64,000 nucleotides of DNA from a virus (IMGVR_UViG_3300045988_147517:32001-96000), one strand, 5' to 3'. Positions 1 through 10,505 are shown, counted from the stretch's first letter. The notes: generated by a model not told the origin, from the sequence alone. Program-made: numbers and translations.

Positions 1-475
1 CTTTCACAGCATATCGGTTAATCTCTGCCGCCAGTGGACTGGCAATACACGCCGTTGAAACGATAATGTTCTCACTTGTATTAAACAATTCTTCAAATGT
101 AATTCTTGGTGAATTGTAAAAATGGTTATCTCTTGTCCATGACAAACTAAATAAACGGTTTAATTCTTTAAAACCCTCATAATTACGCGCCATTAACACA
201 CAATGGTAGTTATCTCTATGTTTGTCCTCAATCGAATAATCGTTCGTTAGATAGAATTCAGCCGCATGGATATATTTCATCCCGGCATTTTCAATTATTT
301 TTTTTCTGGTATACCACTGTAAGATAGTGCCATGATTCGATATACCAAGTGTGACCATACCATCATCTTTTGCTTTTTCTACATAATGTTTTGCCTTTGT
401 TACGCTATCAATTCCAGCTACAGGATTCGACAACGTATCGTGCGAATGAAAGACAGTGTATATTTTTTTACTCAT
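1..475 (-). CDS. DNA polymerase III alpha-like protein, N-terminal PHP domain (5' part only; gene continues beyond window start)
   Basis: Hand translation from ATG 475-473 (GGAGG at 481-485): MSKKIYTVFHSHDTLSN..GISNHGTILQW..IHAAEFY..YHCVLMARNYEGFKELNRLFS. This fits the PHP-domain pattern of PolIII alpha. The frame is open to position 1, so it is absent from the ORF track. Confidence 0.6.
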   Translation of the reverse strand, partial: MSKKIYTVFHSHDTLSNPVAGIDSVTKAKHYVEKAKDDGMVTLGISNHGTILQWYTRKKIIENAGMKYIHAAEFYLTNDYSIEDKHRDNYHCVLMARNYEGFKELNRLFSLSWTRDNHFYNSPRITFEELFNTSENIIVSTACIASPLAAEINRYAVK

Positions 476-671
476 TATTTCCTCCAACCAGCTTTTCCTC
501 AACCTTTAAACAACGATTTAATGATTTACATTGTTCATAAATTTTGTCTGGACATGACCAGCAACAAATATCTTCCAAACATTTACAATCATTGTTTTGG
601 CGCTCTATATTTTTACATTTTCCTTGTGGTGTTAAATATATACAATATTCAAGATTTCTTGATTTCTTCAT
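468..671 (-). CDS. small Cys-rich protein
   Basis: 67-aa minus-strand ORF with 8 Cys, packed between neighbouring minus-strand genes. Confidence 0.4.
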   Translation of the reverse strand: MKKSRNLEYCIYLTPQGKCKNIERQNNDCKCLEDICCWSCPDKIYEQCKSLNRCLKVEEKLVGGNNE

Positions 672-918
672 CTTTATAATCTTCCCTTATTTTATAAACA
701 AAATGACATGATGCAATAGATAGACATGCGATAACAGCGCCAATGTAATATGCAGAAATCACATATCCAAAATCAATGCCATATACCATCTTAATAATCC
801 ATACACCGATAAAGAATATAACCGCTGTCGTTAATAAATCATAAAATAAATCTGACATAAAAACCCCTCCTAAGTGATTTACTACATCTATTATATCACT
901 TAAAAGGGGTTTTGTCAA
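649..918 (-). CDS. small membrane protein
   Basis: 89 aa with two long hydrophobic segments (TAVIFFIGVWIIKMVYG, ISAYYIGAVIACLSIA). Confidence 0.5.
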   Translation of the reverse strand: MTKPLLSDIIDVVNHLGGVFMSDLFYDLLTTAVIFFIGVWIIKMVYGIDFGYVISAYYIGAVIACLSIASCHFVYKIREDYKDEEIKKS

Positions 919-963
919 GTTATTATATCCGCCGCTTCAATTCGTAAAGTAAGTTTAGCAAAT

Positions 964-1134
964 TTATCGTAGTTTATATACAACGCTGTTAAAATTTTTT
1001 GATACAAAATTTACAAATTCAGCATAACATTTTGGACAAAGGTCTGCTTTCATTGTTTGTTTTCCTTTGTATTCGACCACCTTTTCCACATCTTTCTCAT
1101 CAATTTCTTTATGGCATATATCACATACTATCAT
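964..1134 (-). CDS. small zinc-ribbon protein
   Basis: Hand-translated 56-aa ORF MIVCDICHKEID...CPKCYAEF with a CxxC..CxxC pattern. It fills the gap between tracked ORFs and is below the ORF-track size cutoff. Confidence 0.4.
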   Translation of the reverse strand: MIVCDICHKEIDEKDVEKVVEYKGKQTMKADLCPKCYAEFVNFVSKNFNSVVYKLR

Positions 1135-1143
1135 GAAATACTC

Positions 1144-1554
1144 CTAAATAAAAATATAATTTTCTTCTTCATGTGGAGGAATGACGACTTCTGGATGGTA
1201 AGTTTTTACCTTAATCATTGGAATTAAATCGTGAAAATATACTTTCTTATCAGGAGTAAAATCTCTTATTGATAATGCATAAAAATTACATTCTCTACAG
1301 ATGTCATCTTCTGGAATATTGTATACCAATTGAAATACAGTGTTTATAGTACTATATTCTAACTTTTTATTATCGTTATCACAAATTTCGTCATGAGGTC
1401 TTTGGTCATCAATCTGAATTAAATGATAAGTTTTCCCATCATATTCTACTTTATATCCTTCAATGTCTAAGTATTCATCCCGCTGATGTTTATTATTAAC
1501 AACTTGTTGATTTACATTATCAATAAATTCAGAGAATTTCTTTTTGTTCATCAT
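1144..1554 (-). CDS. hypothetical protein
   Basis: Tracked ORF. Start moved to ATG 1554, preceded by GGAGGA 8 nt upstream. No recognisable motif. Confidence 0.5.
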   Translation of the reverse strand: MMNKKKFSEFIDNVNQQVVNNKHQRDEYLDIEGYKVEYDGKTYHLIQIDDQRPHDEICDNDNKKLEYSTINTVFQLVYNIPEDDICRECNFYALSIRDFTPDKKVYFHDLIPMIKVKTYHPEVVIPPHEEENYIFI

Positions 1555-1780
1555 TAGTTTCGTCCTCCAATGTAATATTACAAACATGACCCCACTTTGT
1601 ATAATCTACATATTCAATAGTTCTGCCAGTAATATCTTGATATTCTTTTAATTCAATTTCTTTTTTCTTTTTGTCTAATATAGTAGAGGTGTAAGCGCCA
1701 AACATAATATCCTCTACTTCTTCTCGTATGATAATCCTATCATCATCTTCTAAAAATTGCACAAAATCATATACCTTCAT
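1529..1780 (-). CDS. hypothetical protein
   Basis: Tracked ORF. Start moved to MKVYDF at 1780, with GGAGGAACA directly upstream. Confidence 0.5.
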   Translation of the reverse strand: MKVYDFVQFLEDDDRIIIREEVEDIMFGAYTSTILDKKKKEIELKEYQDITGRTIEYVDYTKWGHVCNITLEDETNDEQKEIL

Positions 1781-1788
1781 TGTTCCTC

Positions 1789-2139
1789 CTACACTAAATG
1801 AATACAAAGTATTCCAATCTCATCATCGACACGAACAGAATCCACAATTTTGTTCAATAAGTTAGGGTTAAAAGCATAGTCTATGACATCAAAATTACAC
1901 ACGTCAAAATCATTAATGCCAAGTTCAAACCAATGGTGCCACTTACTACTTTCGCTATTATAGTCCGTCAAATAAATACGAACAAGAAGGCAATCTTGCC
2001 TACCTTCTTCTGTCTCTCTATCAGAAATATAATTCCTAAAATTATACAACATTAAGAATTCTCGGAGTGTGATTGCAAAACCACACTCCTCAAGCACAAA
2101 TTCTTTAGTATATTCCCCTGATTCAAAGTTTAATTCCAT
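1789..2139 (-). CDS. hypothetical protein
   Basis: 116-aa ORF whose start overlaps the RNR stop (TAATG). Confidence 0.5.
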   Translation of the reverse strand: MELNFESGEYTKEFVLEECGFAITLREFLMLYNFRNYISDRETEEGRQDCLLVRIYLTDYNSESSKWHHWFELGINDFDVCNFDVIDYAFNPNLLNKIVDSVRVDDEIGILCIHLV

Positions 2140-5100
2140 TAATCACACCCACTATAGCCGCAATCATCGTTAATGCAATGACCGCAACCACCTTCCGCAA
2201 CATAGGTTCTCTGTCCACATTTTGGACAAATTCCTAAATTGCTATTCTCCACTTCATTCTTTAGGTTTGTAACACCGCTAAGGAAATCTGTCAATTCTTT
2301 CATAGTGTTCTGTTCTTCACAAGTTTTACAGCGCGGCTCTGGGATATCAAAAACTCTAGAAACCGCTTCATTCACAATCTCTTCTTCACTATAATCATCA
2401 TCAATCAACTCTTCTTTGATTTGATTTGCCATCTCTTGCAATGCGATTCCCACTGCGGCAGGACAGCAATTCCCCGGCGAAACATCATGTTTAGTCGCCC
2501 TTCGCACCATATAACTAACGCAACCCGGGCAACTCTTTGCTTGGTCTACAATTCCCTCTACTGTTCCACCAAGGCGCATCGCATAAGAAATCATGCGAGA
2601 GCCAAATACCATCCAAGAATTACAGCCGCCCTCTGAGCCTTTGCTTAAAAATGTTTCGCAAAGTTCGCCATCTACTGGGTCAAAGAAAGCTGTTGTGTGT
2701 AAAGAGCCACACCCAGTAACAAGTTTGTGTTTTCTTCCCACAACATCGTCATAAACTTGAACCACATCACCTCGATTAAGTACCTGTAGAGGACGGGTTT
2801 CTTCTTTTGGCGGCTCTTCTTCTTGGTTGTTCACAAGGACACCAGCCCGGTCACAGCCATCTCTATAAACTGTAATGCCTTTAAGGCCTTGTTTCCACGC
2901 CTCATAGTATAATTCAAATACATCTTTAACTGTGGTATATTCAGGGAGATTTACTGTAGAACTAATTGATGCATCGATATGTTTTTGCCAAGCCGCCTGC
3001 ATAGCAATACGTTCTTTATACGGAATCATTGGCGCTGTTACAAACCAACTAGGTAAATCCGCTTCATTATCAATATTATTTTCCTGCATATATTCTTCTA
3101 CAATTGGAGTATATACTTTATACCAATACTCTTGACCATGAAGTGATTCTGTTTTTCTCATATAAGAATTGGCGAAAATGGGTTCCATCCCACCGGATAC
3201 ACCTAGCATTGTGCTAGTACTGCCCGTTGGGGCCACAGTCAACAGTTGCAAATTTCTCAACCCATATTTACGAATATCTTCATATAATTTGTCTGTTACA
3301 TGTGAATTTAAGAAAGGAGAATCTAGCACCGCGCCAGAAAACCTCGGGGCTGGGCCGAATTCTTTTGCTAACTCCATAGATGATTCGAGAGCGCATGAAA
3401 CGATGAATTCACCAATATTATCAGCTAATTTTAAAGACTCCTCACTTCCGTATCTTATTTTCAATTTAATCAGTAAGTCAGCCCATCCCATAACTCCTAG
3501 GCCGATTTGCCTGTAATTTCTTACACTTTCACGTTGATATTCTAGGGGGTGTAATTCCAACCCTTCATCTAAAACTTCATTCAAATAAATTACTGCATTT
3601 TTGACAGTAAATTTCAAAGAATCCCAATCAACTTTTCCATCTTTTTCAAATTGCGCCAAGTTAATTGAGCCAAGTAAACAACTACCTCCTTCTGGTAATG
3701 GTTCTTCTGCACCTTACCACACATAGTTTCCTATGCCATCTAATATAGATGTTGTAGTCTGGACTATATCATCCGTTATTTTATAAAAATAACAGGTGGG
3801 CGCTGGACAATAAATTGCCACTTAGTCTCTGAACCTTCCCCTGTTCGGGGCTTGGATGCTGATTGCCCAATCCATACATTTTTTAACATTCACGCCTAGA
3901 TTTATTTCATTCTTACGTTGTAGTATGTATGGCTCTAAGGGGTTTCCAGCAGTTCACCCACTTTTAAATCCGCATACACTTTACGGATTAACCCCACCAT
4001 ATTGAAAATCAGGGTCTTCACTTAATAAATTATAGTCATTAATTCTATCCCAGAATAATAATCCGGGTTCAGCCTGCCGCCAATTCATCTCTGCTAAACG
4101 CATAAATACATCTTGAGCATTAATTACTTTGGTAATTTCTTCTCCTGTCTCTTGACGATAATATTTTAATGTATATTCTTCATCATTGATAACAGCATTC
4201 ATAAATTCATCTGTTACTTTAATTGAGATATTTGCCTTAGTAACTTTTCCAGCCTCCGATTTTAAATCAATAAAATCTTCAAGGTCTGGATGGCTACAAT
4301 CAAGGCTAATCATCAATGCCCCCAATATGGACTATCTCTTACCACTAATCTAGTGGCTCGGGCGCTAATGTAGTCTTATTGTTATCCTCAACTACTAGTC
4401 TCTGCACGTCCTATATACCTTTTACATTATATAGTTTCGCTCAGGGTTCTTGGGTCTTCCCTGAATTCACCCAATTCAAGACGCAGGGCATTAGCTTTGT
4501 TATACTTTCTATATAATACAATAAATGAATCGTTAGGATATATATAATCTAAAAATTTTAAAACATCTTTTTTGCTAGAAAATCCTAATATAAAACAATC
4601 TTCTTTTCCTTTTGGCTTTATCTTAGATGATACTCCAACCTCATCTATTAAAACATTCTGAACACCTTCTAATAAACGGTATTGAGAAGTAAATGAAATT
4701 CTTTGCCATATCCTATTTCTGTCTTTCCTTCTTCCCCAAGTAATACACCCATCTCCATCAAAAAACCCAAGAATTAAATATCTTTTAAGGTCTTTTCTTA
4801 CAATTGGCAAATGACGGCTGTTCTTTTTTCCACCATATTTATTAATATCTGTAAGTATATTTTTATTATATATTGTATATCTTGCTCTTGGGAACCTCCT
4901 AGATTCCCTATCTAAGTATGTGGTTTCATGAACATTTCCACCAATAATTTGAGATATATAATATAGTATTTCTTTATCAGCTAATGAAACAGATAACTCA
5001 ACACACTTATCTCCAATGTATCCATCCGCTAATATAAATCCTAAGATATATGCTTTTTCTGGGGTATCAATCTTATTAAACATGTATTCATTTTTATACT

Positions 5101-5735
5101 CAACAGGTTTATTTTTTATTAAATGTTTTAAATTAAGTTTACCTATCCAATATAAAACAGTGGTGTAGCATAATCCAACTTTTTTTCCTATTTCCCTACT
5201 AGACATTCCATCTTCTAAATATCCTTTTAATTCATTATATTCCATATATTATCTCCTACTCTATATATTTTCGGTGATTAAATTAAGCTATTTTACGTCT
5301 TCCATTCTGAGCAATTAATTCGCTAACTAATGAATACAAATCGCAAAAACTAACTGAGCCGCTTGTTGTTTTGGCCGCATTATTTACCTTAGCGCCACTA
5401 GGAGCAAGTTTACTAATGTCTACACCACAACCGCCGCCATAACTGAACGTTCTTGCCAAATCTCGCGCACAGTCAAAGATACTTTCAATATTATCTTCTG
5501 GCGCTTTGACTACATAACAATTTCCATATGTCAGTTTTTTAATATGTCCTAGACCTCTATTAGCAAGAATTCTACCTCCTGATAGAAATTTCTGTTCTTC
5601 AATAAGTTTTTCAATAATCTTATTATTTCCTGCTACACGTTTTTTCCATTCTTCAAAAGTTTCATTTTCATCTCGATATTTGTTTTTCCAAATATCTCTT
5701 CCGATTTCTGTGCTAATCCATTGTTCTAATTCCAA
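2139..5735 (-). CDS. ribonucleotide reductase, probably adenosylcobalamin-dependent (class II-like), in three exons: 5735-5295, 4322-3983, 3712-2139
   Basis: Exon 1 ends ..GGGCGVDISKLAPSGAKV..TSGSVSFCDLY..IAQNGRR and exon 2 starts GALMISLDCSHPDLEDFIDLK, restoring the RRGA motif. Exon 2 ends GGVNP plus t, and exon 3 starts gt-AEEPLPEGGSCLLGSINL, restoring NPC-AE. TVYRDGCDR and a Cys-rich C-terminus are present. Exon lengths 441+340+1574 sum to 2355 nt, which is in frame. Confidence 0.8.
3713..3982 (-). mobile_element. group I intron (ORF-less, about 270 nt) in the RNR gene
   Basis: There is a stop codon directly after exon 2. P1 is formed by exon ATCCGT pairing with internal guide GCGGAT 9 nt downstream, with U.G at the splice site. 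Core elements CAGAGACTAAG and GATGATATAGTCC are present and the intron ends in G. Confidence 0.75.
4323..5294 (-). mobile_element. group I intron carrying a LAGLIDADG homing endonuclease gene, in the RNR gene
   Basis: It interrupts RR|GA of the RNR. The 3' part contains GCAGAGACTAG and AAGAGATAGTCC core elements and ends in ..ATATTG. I could not find a convincing P1, so boundaries are accurate to a few nt only. Confidence 0.7.
4427..5245 (-). CDS. LAGLIDADG homing endonuclease (double motif) with N-terminal HTH
   Basis: Contains the motifs LGFILADGYI and LGFFDGDGCI, and lies inside the RNR intron. Confidence 0.85.
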   Translation of the reverse strand: MEYNELKGYLEDGMSSREIGKKVGLCYTTVLYWIGKLNLKHLIKNKPVEYKNEYMFNKIDTPEKAYILGFILADGYIGDKCVELSVSLADKEILYYISQIIGGNVHETTYLDRESRRFPRARYTIYNKNILTDINKYGGKKNSRHLPIVRKDLKRYLILGFFDGDGCITWGRRKDRNRIWQRISFTSQYRLLEGVQNVLIDEVGVSSKIKPKGKEDCFILGFSSKKDVLKFLDYIYPNDSFIVLYRKYNKANALRLELGEFREDPRTLSETI

Positions 5736-5759
5736 ATTACTTCCTCCTAGGTCATTATA

Positions 5760-6005
5760 CTATTCTTCAAAGTCAAAGTCAAATGATTCTTTTGGTTCTT
5801 CAGCGCCATCCTCATAGAATGATGTATTGGCGCTAACCACCTTACAATAATCTTCTTCATCAAAGCAACTAAATACCGCATCTAATAAAGCTTCTTTGTA
5901 TTCTTCTGGGCGCTTTTTAATAATGTTAATAATTCTTTCGCATTCTTCTGTCGAATCTTCCTCTACAATCTCTAAATGAAGCAAACAACTATTTACTACT
6001 CTCAT
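5760..6005 (-). CDS. hypothetical acidic protein
   Basis: 81-aa ORF with GGAGGTG RBS. Confidence 0.5.
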   Translation of the reverse strand: MRVVNSCLLHLEIVEEDSTEECERIINIIKKRPEEYKEALLDAVFSCFDEEDYCKVVSANTSFYEDGAEEPKESFDFDFEE

Positions 6006-6243
6006 CTTTCACCTCCACAAAATAATCTGAATTTGAGAAAAAGATAGGAATGTTTCCAATTCCTTTAACAAAATTACGAAACTCTCCGTCTTTATCATTT
6101 ACATATACTTCAAAAACAATACCACTTTTATTACATATAGCCTTTCCAAGTGGCAGATTATGTTCATTACAATACCACATATATTCCCTATCTGCCTTAC
6201 ATTGGTTAACTAATTGTGTAAAATTCAATCTCTTCTCTTTCAT
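5989..6243 (-). CDS. hypothetical protein
   Basis: Tracked ORF. Start moved to MKEKRL at 6243, behind GGAGG. Confidence 0.5.
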   Translation of the reverse strand: MKEKRLNFTQLVNQCKADREYMWYCNEHNLPLGKAICNKSGIVFEVYVNDKDGEFRNFVKGIGNIPIFFSNSDYFVEVKDESSK

Positions 6244-6254
6244 TGAGCCTCCAA

Positions 6255-6470
6255 TCAAAATGGAAAATTTTTATAAATAAGAATCCACGTACCAATCATT
6301 GCGATATCACCTATTACAGCAATAATAACTCCAGCTAAGACCCCCATTTTTTCTTTTAGCTCTATAGCCTCTACAATAAAAGAAGACCCAATATAAATTA
6401 CAACACTCTCTATGATTGTAATTGCTAATATAAATAGTGAAAAGAAAAATGATTCTATAAATCCATTCAT
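6255..6470 (-). CDS. small membrane protein
   Basis: 71 aa, almost entirely hydrophobic. ATGA overlap with the dUTPase stop. Confidence 0.5.
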   Translation of the reverse strand: MNGFIESFFFSLFILAITIIESVVIYIGSSFIVEAIELKEKMGVLAGVIIAVIGDIAMIGTWILIYKNFPF

Positions 6471-6898
6471 TTTAAATTCTCAGTTCCTTTTCCAAAACCA
6501 CCCCGGTCTTTGCTATCTAGATGGTCAACTTCTTTAAACTCTACACTATCCATAGATTTAATCAATCTAAACTGGCAGATTCTTTCATTCTTTTTGACGA
6601 ATGTATCTTCGTGGGCGATGGCTGGAAACATCCATTCATCATTATCTCCCGAATAGGAATTATCAATGACGCCAAGAGAATTTGCCTGAGTAATTCGATA
6701 TTTTTTAAATGTACTACTACGTGGCGCAACTAACGCTTCATATCCCTCTGGCAATTTCATAGCAATACCAAGTGGAATTAATTTAAAATCGCCTTTTTTT
6801 AATGAAGTATCTTCTGCGGCTCTTAAGTCAATCCAATCTCCAACATCAAATTTTTCAGGCAATTCCACGCCTCTTAAGTTCTTAATTAAAATTTCCAT
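6467..6898 (-). CDS. dut: dUTP pyrophosphatase
   Basis: dUTPase motifs seen in order: [41 protein letters not shown]. Confidence 0.85.
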   Translation of the reverse strand: MEILIKNLRGVELPEKFDVGDWIDLRAAEDTSLKKGDFKLIPLGIAMKLPEGYEALVAPRSSTFKKYRITQANSLGVIDNSYSGDNDEWMFPAIAHEDTFVKKNERICQFRLIKSMDSVEFKEVDHLDSKDRGGFGKGTENLK

Positions 6899-6961
6899 TT
6901 TATTGACCCTTTCTTATACTATTAATATTATTTTTTACTTATAAAACTATATTTTTTCATA

Positions 6962-7279
6962 CTATTTGTATTGAATTATACTATCGAAAGTACATTCATC
7001 ATACGCAAGCGGTTTAACAAGCCGTACATTTGCGTCACTATCGACAAGAATTCCAGTAGAGTGTACTGACTCGGCTTGGTCAGCCTGCAAAATTGCGGCA
7101 AATAAATCTAGTAGCCAATCACAGGACGAATTAAAATCTCCGATGTCAGTGCTGGACAAACAATCTATAGTAGTATTGTTATGACGACTTACAGCCTCCA
7201 AACCGCCACCAACTGGAACATAAAATTCGTAATCGTACGTATCAATAAGACTGCCAGAATTCTTAAATATAATCCTCAT
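6962..7279 (-). CDS. hypothetical protein
   Basis: 105-aa ORF whose start overlaps the primase stop. Confidence 0.5.
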   Translation of the reverse strand: MRIIFKNSGSLIDTYDYEFYVPVGGGLEAVSRHNNTTIDCLSSTDIGDFNSSCDWLLDLFAAILQADQAESVHSTGILVDSDANVRLVKPLAYDECTFDSIIQYK

Positions 7280-8241
7280 AAAACTTTCCTCCTCTCATAA
7301 AGATATTTCCATATATCTAAACCATAATCTATAGGCGCGTCTTTATTTTTTAATAGAAACCAATCATCTTGAACGTATTCAATTTTTGTATAATGCGCCA
7401 ATCTCATTATGTTTTTATCTTGCTTTATATCAACGCCTTTATCGTAGGCAAATACTACGGGAACCCCTAACCGAATTAATATCTTTAGTTGGTCATCGTT
7501 TAAGTGATTTGTTTGGGATGATACACAGTTATTATACCCCATACTTTCAGCAACCATGACTGATTTGGCTCCTTCAAAAATAATTATCTCATTTTTATCT
7601 ATAATATTTTTTCTGTTCTGATATTCCCAATAGAAAAAATCAACGCCATCATATTTATTATAAGAAATATACTTTGGTATACGGCCACATAATGTGCGGC
7701 TACAGATAGAAATAATATTTCCATTAGAATCAAATAGAGGAAAAACTAACGAATCGTCTTGTGGGTTATATTTAACTTGATGATTCTTTAATGTTTGTCT
7801 GCTTATACCTTCCCTTATCCAACTCATTAATTTTTCCTCGCCATCCCAATACTCATCCATACAAGAAGAATCTAAAATTTTTCGATGAATATATTCTTTC
7901 TCTTTTTTCTTTTTAGATATATACTTTCGCATTTCTTTTAAAATGCTGGGCCGACTAATATATTCACCAGTATCTTCAATCCCAGCAAATTTCATCAACA
8001 TTCGCATAGCGTTCAAGAAATCCACATGATGATATTCTTTTATGAAGGTGAGCAAATCTCCACTATATCCACTACTAAAATCACAAAATCTCTGCTTTTC
8101 TGTATCTACTGAAAATGATGGCGTCTTTTCTTCTTTAAAAGGGCTTAAGCCCCAATATTCACCACCCCTTTCTTCTAGTTCTACATACTGAGAAACATAA
8201 TCATAAATGTCAACTTCTTCAAGTAATTCTTCGTAATCCAA
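7276..8241 (-). CDS. DnaG-like DNA primase (TOPRIM) with a degenerate zinc-binding motif
   Basis: GLSPFKEEKTPSFSVD..RFCDFSSGYSGDLLTFI aligns with the DnaG pattern CPFHxEKTPSF..CFGCGxxGD, but the Cys/His ligands are replaced. IIIFEGAKSVM and VVFAYDKGVD form the TOPRIM-like part. Confidence 0.7.
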   Translation of the reverse strand: MDYEELLEEVDIYDYVSQYVELEERGGEYWGLSPFKEEKTPSFSVDTEKQRFCDFSSGYSGDLLTFIKEYHHVDFLNAMRMLMKFAGIEDTGEYISRPSILKEMRKYISKKKKEKEYIHRKILDSSCMDEYWDGEEKLMSWIREGISRQTLKNHQVKYNPQDDSLVFPLFDSNGNIISICSRTLCGRIPKYISYNKYDGVDFFYWEYQNRKNIIDKNEIIIFEGAKSVMVAESMGYNNCVSSQTNHLNDDQLKILIRLGVPVVFAYDKGVDIKQDKNIMRLAHYTKIEYVQDDWFLLKNKDAPIDYGLDIWKYLYERRKVL

Positions 8242-8259
8242 TTGCTCACCCCCGCCATA

Positions 8260-9639
8260 TTAATATGGCAATCCGTTATCGTCTGCCTCGTCTCTTTCGT
8301 CTCTATGTTGATTCTGAGCTTGATGGTAGTTGAGAGTATTACCATCATACTGAATATCAATCCACTCATTAGAGTTATGTTGTTCTCCATTACGGTTAAA
8401 CACAACTCTTAATCTTGTATTTCCACACGAATTTCCATCTCTAAATATATCTTCTGGCGCTTTTCGCTCTAATGTGATAAGTGTAGAAGTGTTTCTTGCG
8501 ATATTTTTACTAAGCGCCACACTTCCATCTGGATTCATTTGAGCGGCACCCAGTCCGGGAATACCCATATCTCCGCAAATATCATTCTTAATCATGTCAA
8601 CAGTTCTTCCCATAGCCTGAGATACTTCAAATGCTCCGCCCTCAGTTGAGTTTTTAAAGTAATCAATGACCACCAAGTCAAGTTTTTCAATGGCGTTACA
8701 ACGTTTAATCAACATCATGATTTCTGTGTTATCAAACACAGGAACATATTCATGATAAAAATTAAAAGTTTCAATTTCATTATTAGCTTCTTCAATGCGT
8801 TTTAATTTTTCTGGGTCATTAGTTCCATTTTTTACTTCTGAGAAATTAACTCCTGAAACATGAGCAACCATTCTCATATAGTATAACTCATCCGATAACT
8901 CGCTGTCAATAACAACAATTCTTTTTCCTTGTCTTAATAAAAATACAGTAGTGCTTAATAAGAATGCAGATTTTCCCACCTTCTGTTCAGCGCCAATGAT
9001 AACAAGTTCCCCCTCTTCAAGTTGAACATATCTGTCAAGTTCTGGGATTTGCATGGAGATAGATTTAATCTCGCCCTTTTGCCTTCTCAGTAGCTTCTCT
9101 TTAAGAGGTTTTACTTTATATTTAAACTCTTTAACATCCTTAATCATAGCATAGTCACGACTAACTTTTTCAAGTTCATCATAAACTGTGCTTAAAATAT
9201 TGGAAATATCATTATTAAAACACCCGCCCTCGCATTTTTTCAGGGCTTGATATGTATTTCTTCTTAACGCATAATCTTGAACAGTACGTTTGGACATTTT
9301 AAAAGCTTCGGTAGTTCGCTCAGGAAGTAAGTCAGCGTTGTCAAAGATATCTTCAATAATTGAAAACTCAATATCATCAATGTTTTCAGTTTTTGCATCA
9401 GTAGAAGATAACGCGCCAGCAATGTCAATTGGTTTGATGTCTACTTTGGCACCTTCTGTAACTAATTTTGTAAACGCCCAATATATTGACCTATTCGTTT
9501 TGTCATAAAATTGTTTATAAGTCAATCCCTCTGCCGCAAAAATAAGAACTGGTTTTTTAATAATGCTACTAATTACAGCCATTTCTGCATTTGGACTTTT
9601 TAATTCATTAATGTTTTTTCTTTTTAACATTTCTTCCAA
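8260..9639 (-). CDS. DnaB-like replicative helicase
   Basis: DnaB-type N-domain (NAEMAVISSIIKKP) and Walker A IIGAEQKVGKS. A RecA-like C-terminal domain follows. TTG start 6-7 nt after GAGGTGG. Confidence 0.85.
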   Translation of the reverse strand: MEEMLKRKNINELKSPNAEMAVISSIIKKPVLIFAAEGLTYKQFYDKTNRSIYWAFTKLVTEGAKVDIKPIDIAGALSSTDAKTENIDDIEFSIIEDIFDNADLLPERTTEAFKMSKRTVQDYALRRNTYQALKKCEGGCFNNDISNILSTVYDELEKVSRDYAMIKDVKEFKYKVKPLKEKLLRRQKGEIKSISMQIPELDRYVQLEEGELVIIGAEQKVGKSAFLLSTTVFLLRQGKRIVVIDSELSDELYYMRMVAHVSGVNFSEVKNGTNDPEKLKRIEEANNEIETFNFYHEYVPVFDNTEIMMLIKRCNAIEKLDLVVIDYFKNSTEGGAFEVSQAMGRTVDMIKNDICGDMGIPGLGAAQMNPDGSVALSKNIARNTSTLITLERKAPEDIFRDGNSCGNTRLRVVFNRNGEQHNSNEWIDIQYDGNTLNYHQAQNQHRDERDEADDNGLPY

Positions 9640-9659
9640 ATTAAAACCACCTCTTATCT

Positions 9660-10505
9660 CTAGTCTGTTTCAATCTCTTTTGCGTAATATTCACATTCAT
9701 CTCTAAAGTCACAAAGGTTCGTACAATAAAATATATCAGAAGTATTTGGTAACCATAAAAATTCTGATTCAATATTCTTTACTGTATCAACAGCCCAATC
9801 TAACGCTTCTTCTATAACCTCATCGGTCATTTTAAACTTCTCAATATGATTAATTCTAAATTGGTTAAACCATGCTTCTTTAACAGGTTTCCCCCATTTA
9901 TATTGAGCATATAAAGAATAGAGCGCAAGTTGTCTACAATATTCTGCTTTCTCTCCAACAGATTTAAACTTTCCTTTAGATTTATGGTCGATAACATAAA
10001 GTTCGTCGTCCTTATCTACGATTAAGTCAATGAATCCATTTAAAATAAAAGGTTTGCCTTTGTGATTTATTAACAAATTAAAATTTTCTTCAACGCCTAG
10101 AACTTTGTATTTGTTTTTATTTCCAAAGTTATCTTGAAAACCTTCAAAATTTTCAAAGAATTGATAGCCACCATTATAGTATAATTCAGTCAAGTCCTTT
10201 TCAAAGAAATCATTACTCTTTGAAGGTATCAACATTTGAATGCCTTCGGAACATTCTTCCGAAAACCTTTCAACGTATTCATCTTTTAAATCGTTAACGT
10301 TCAATTCTTCGTTAAAATACGATTCTAATATTGAATGAACCATTGTCCCATATGAAGAAAATCCATTTGCTTTCCCATGTTTTTTTCTATTATATCGCTC
10401 ATTATATTGATATTGACAGGTATGATAAGTAGACAATCGGCTGAATGAATACTTATTAATACCTGTCAAATCTTGTACAATGAGTTTATCAATATCTAAA
10501 CTCAT
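9660..10505 (-). CDS. PD-(D/E)XK nuclease, Cas4/RecB-like, with a Cys cluster
   Basis: N-terminal Cys (YHTCQY), then FIDLIVDKDDELYVIDHKSK (D..D/ExK), then a C-terminal CTNLCDFRDEC cluster. It is probably the exonuclease partner of Erf. Confidence 0.7.
   Translation of the reverse strand: MSLDIDKLIVQDLTGINKYSFSRLSTYHTCQYQYNERYNRKKHGKANGFSSYGTMVHSILESYFNEELNVNDLKDEYVERFSEECSEGIQMLIPSKSNDFFEKDLTELYYNGGYQFFENFEGFQDNFGNKNKYKVLGVEENFNLLINHKGKPFILNGFIDLIVDKDDELYVIDHKSKGKFKSVGEKAEYCRQLALYSLYAQYKWGKPVKEAWFNQFRINHIEKFKMTDEVIEEALDWAVDTVKNIESEFLWLPNTSDIFYCTNLCDFRDECEYYAKEIETD

Noticed and set aside
2421-3516. Plus-strand ORFs (2421-2636, 2537-2719, 2932-3135, 3169-3516) inside the RNR gene. Analogous antisense ORFs elsewhere include 6050-6280, 6521-6733, 9290-9508, 10929-11771, 11978-12247, 14221-14499, 17126-17503, 19336-19527, 19772-20089, 22518-22733, 26564-27378, 30095-30322, 41281-41523, 43305-43583, 44702-45210, 46312-46676 and 46939-47280.
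   Set aside because: They lie antisense to well-supported minus-strand genes with recognisable motifs. They have low-complexity or Ser/Leu/Phe-rich translations and no RBS. They are shadow ORFs.
3713-5294. Inteins as the explanation for the split RNR gene.
   Set aside because: The interruptions contain in-frame stop codons and frame changes. They also carry group I core sequences and P1 pairings. The LAGLIDADG ORF has its own start and stop. Introns fit; inteins do not.
8181-8405. ORFs 8181-8405, 10578-10805 and 41150-41398, which are out of frame on the minus strand within or overlapping larger genes.
   Set aside because: They are alternative-frame overlaps of the primase/helicase, SSB-like and early-gene regions, with implausible composition.
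9660-10505. The Cas4-like nuclease as a CRISPR adaptation gene for the mini-array.
   Set aside because: It sits 8 kb away in the helicase, SSB and Erf recombination block, with no cas1 or cas2. It is more likely the exonuclease partner of the Erf annealase.
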